DNA of 63,683 nt, the filler included, from Parasitella parasitica NRRL 2501 (taxonomy: Eukaryota > Fungi > Mucoromycota): the NCBI GenBank assembly GCA_025201805.1. It is 4 parts of 4 records of this genome, joined end to end, with 100 filler letters (N's around TTAATTAATTAA, not from the genome) between each part and the next. Parts side by side here need not be neighbours in the genome. Positions count along the whole stretch, not along the records: positions 58,547 to 63,683 come from MU619375.1; 3 more parts are not named here. One strand, 5' to 3'. Positions 60,932 to 63,683 of this stretch are shown piece by piece. Each line of letters starts with the position of its first letter. Position 1 is the first letter of the stretch. A program made the translations under genes and the position numbers. The notes beneath the pieces were generated by a model. That model was not told where the DNA came from. It saw only the letters and a list, made by a program, of their open reading frames with translations, and made no database searches.

Positions 60932-63169
60932 TTATTTTATCAGACTTTTGACATAACACATGTAATTGGGTTATATCTTTCTTGCGCACTGATTATTATG
61001 CTCAATATAGTTTTTTTTACATGTTGCTATGACGATACAAAATCTTATACAAATGAGAGGAGAGTTCCTGGTTTTTTTATTTTTTCAACAAACACTCAAG
61101 ATATGAACGCTCAATCCCTCAAGATATTCTACAATGCTGTCAAAATATTTTCCTCATCCTATTTAGGGCTTCATAAGGGTGAAGAAGCCCTACTAGAAGG
61201 CTCGCTCAAACTCATCTTTGGTGGCCCAAATTGCCGAAGAAAATATACTGCTATGCAAGTAAGAAATTTATTCTACCCAGCGCTATTCAAGAATATTTTC
61301 CCTCGGCAGGCAAGTCTTCTCAGCAGTATCAATCCTAGCACTGGCTCCATTTATGTCCGAAAAGCAAGACGAGCATCCTACAATAAAAGATATCTTTATA
61401 AAAGAAATAAAATAAATAGTGTACAGAAACTCAAATATATTCACTGATCTTATATATTATATCTATTATTGCATAATAAAAAAATTTGATGGTAAAAAAT
61501 GTAAATCATTCCGGGTATGAGCAAGTTAGTAAGAGAGAATCATGTCTTCTAATTCTACAGATGAATTATCAACATAACTTTTAGAGTTATGATATATACG
61601 AATAATTGCTATACAAAAATATATATAGTTATAAATTGACAGATAGTATGTTTGCCGACTGTAAAAACAAAGAGATACTATTCAATATGTGCTGAAGTGA
61701 TAGAACTTCCCACAAAAAGTAATTGAATGTCATCTCTTACGGAACTACCTTAGAGATTCCAAATCAAGCTAATAAACAGATTACCTAAATATCTAACCGT
61801 GAAACCGCGAAGCATTTATAAAAAAGAAATCGAACCACAAACCACATTTGGAACGCATAGACCAATGTAAGGACTGGTCCATGCATGTCATTTACAAATG
61901 TGTCAGAAACATCGATATTAGAATACCGTACTTGATTATGTAAAATCAAATACAGAAAANNNNNNNNNNNNNNNNNNNNNNNNNNNNNNNNNNNNNNNNN
62001 NNNNNNNNNNNNNNNNNNNNNNNNNNNNNNNNNNNNNNNNNNNNNNNNNNNNNNNNNNNNNNNNNNNNNNNNNNNNNNNNNNNNNNNNNNNNNNNNNNNN
62101 NNNNNNNNNNNNNNNNNNNNNNNNNNNNNNNNNNNNNNNNNNNNNNNNNNNNNNNNNNNNNNNNNNNNNNNNNNNNNNNNNNNNNNNNNNNNNNNNNNNN
62201 NNNNNNNNNNNNNNNNNNNNNNNNNNNNNNNNNNNNNNNNNNNNNNNNNNNNNNNNNNNNNNNNNNNNNNNNNNNNNNNNNNNNNNNNNNNNNNNNNNNN
62301 NNNNNNNNNNNNNNNNNNNNNNNNNNNNNATTATGTAAAATCAAATACAGAAAAACCTGACTGACAGTTACGGCATAACTGACAGACAGACCGTTTACAA
62401 CAACGAATATAAATAGAGTAGAAATGTCTAACCTTTGCACGTTATCTTATTTCCAAAAAATAAAGAAGCAATTAAATTGTATCTATTGTTGTTTTACACT
62501 TTTTATTACACAATAATATAAAGTTCGTATAAAAGGACTAGTTCTCTGTAATATAAATAAATATACACTAGAGAGGAATGTATGTAAAATAATGTAAAGT
62601 TAAGTTTACGAGAGAAAAAGGTTGTTTATTATCAATGTTGACATATGCAAAGCATATGCAATTTGCAGTAAGATCGATCAATTACTATATAAAGATGTGT
62701 AACCAAAAATGTACACTACAGCTACTTGCACATATCAGTTAAGCGAAGAAACACGCAAAGTAGAATTTCTTTCAGTCATGTAATTTTACAAACATATTTA
62801 ATTTATTTCAAAGAATCATAGAAAACAAGTGATAAAAAAAATAAAAACATAAATTGAAAAGTAGATTGCATATTTGTACTTGATGTGTCAATTTCCCAAC
62901 CGGAAGTCAAACTCAAGTAAACTCAATCCTGAACACAATTCAGGAACATATCCCAATGGATCATGTTCCTTATTTATAACTCAACATGATATGTTCATGG
63001 ATAATAGATACGATCTATCGTTCCATTCTCTAAATCATACCATGTCTCACACTTGTATCTTATCCTCCCATCAGTCCACTTAGATTCACTAGTATATAAA
63101 CCATCATTTTTTCCATGTAATAAACGAGATCTTTACCTGATTAATTCACAACCGTTTTATTTGAATAAT

Positions 63170-63683
63170 TTCTCAATCTGATAAATCAAAGTAAAAAGCA
63201 TATGAGCAGTGGTTTCAATAGTCACAGAATTCACAGAGATCATCTGGTAGACCAAGAATATGAGACACATTGACTTTGAATGAAACCTTATTGTGGATCA
63301 ACCGGAACCAGAGATTACGAGCTGCACTGGGCATTTTCGTGTCAAGAAAAGAGGCCACAGTGAGTCGATTTACATCCACCCGAGGGTTGGTTATTGGAGG
63401 ATAATTTCGCATATACATCGCACGAAGCTCGGTATTAGACATGGACAGAATCGTAGTACCTTGGTAGAAGAGCTTGTGGTAGAAGTATAGCGAGAGATCA
63501 AAACCTCCATCAGTGACAGATAAGGAGTCAGGGCCAAGGGGAGCAGACAGGTAAACGCAAGGCAAAGAGGGCACAAAATTGATAGTACTAGAGCGTACCG
63601 CCGCAATGATTTTGGTCAAAAGGCCAGGGTTGGGGCAGCTGGCTCGTGCCTTGAAAACCAACGAATCGTGGAGACGACTGGTC
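63170..63683 (-). mobile_element. 3' part of a LINE ORF (zf-RVT region), running off the window edge
   Basis: AARNLWFRLIHNKV...CEFCDY*NHC matches the zf-RVT pattern. Confidence 0.75.

Noticed and set aside
60923-61447. 174-aa ORF
   Set aside because: TTG start lies inside a repeat, no recognisable motifs, AT-rich.
61936-62354. Direct repeat TTATGTAAAATCAAATACAGAAAA on both sides of a gap
   Set aside because: Probably an unmerged contig overlap.

Overview
Eukaryotic, intron-containing draft scaffold, most likely from a Mucorales fungus (inferred from gene families, short introns and TE types). It contains N gaps and artificial N-TTAATTAATTAA-N contig linkers. A TE-free block of host genes at about 18.8-33.9 kb encodes a TBC Rab-GAP, a GH29 alpha-L-fucosidase, a C2/class-3 lipase, FBA1, a UBE2E-like E2 and fumarase. 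A second block at 41-52 kb holds FAB1/PIKfyve, an Old Yellow Enzyme pseudogene and an F-box protein. The rest is dense with mobile DNA: Tc1/IS630 elements, LINEs, Ty3/gypsy debris, a solo LTR and PD-(D/E)XK-like genes. Two things stand out. (1) A 6.27-kb TA-flanked foldback/composite element (1257-7521): each near-identical inverted arm has helically phased AGACGA motifs, a transposase C-terminal fragment and a 51-bp tandem array, and the arms enclose an intron-containing zinc-finger cargo gene that is itself split by a nested Tc1. (2) A Fanzor (eukaryotic TnpB/Cas12-like RNA-guided nuclease) pseudogene at 57867-58446 (-), followed by hairpins (candidate omegaRNA) and a TA-flanked transposon end. 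That end is related to one at 13141-13343 lying next to a GCM-like domain remnant. All family assignments come from motif recognition by eye; no database searches were run.
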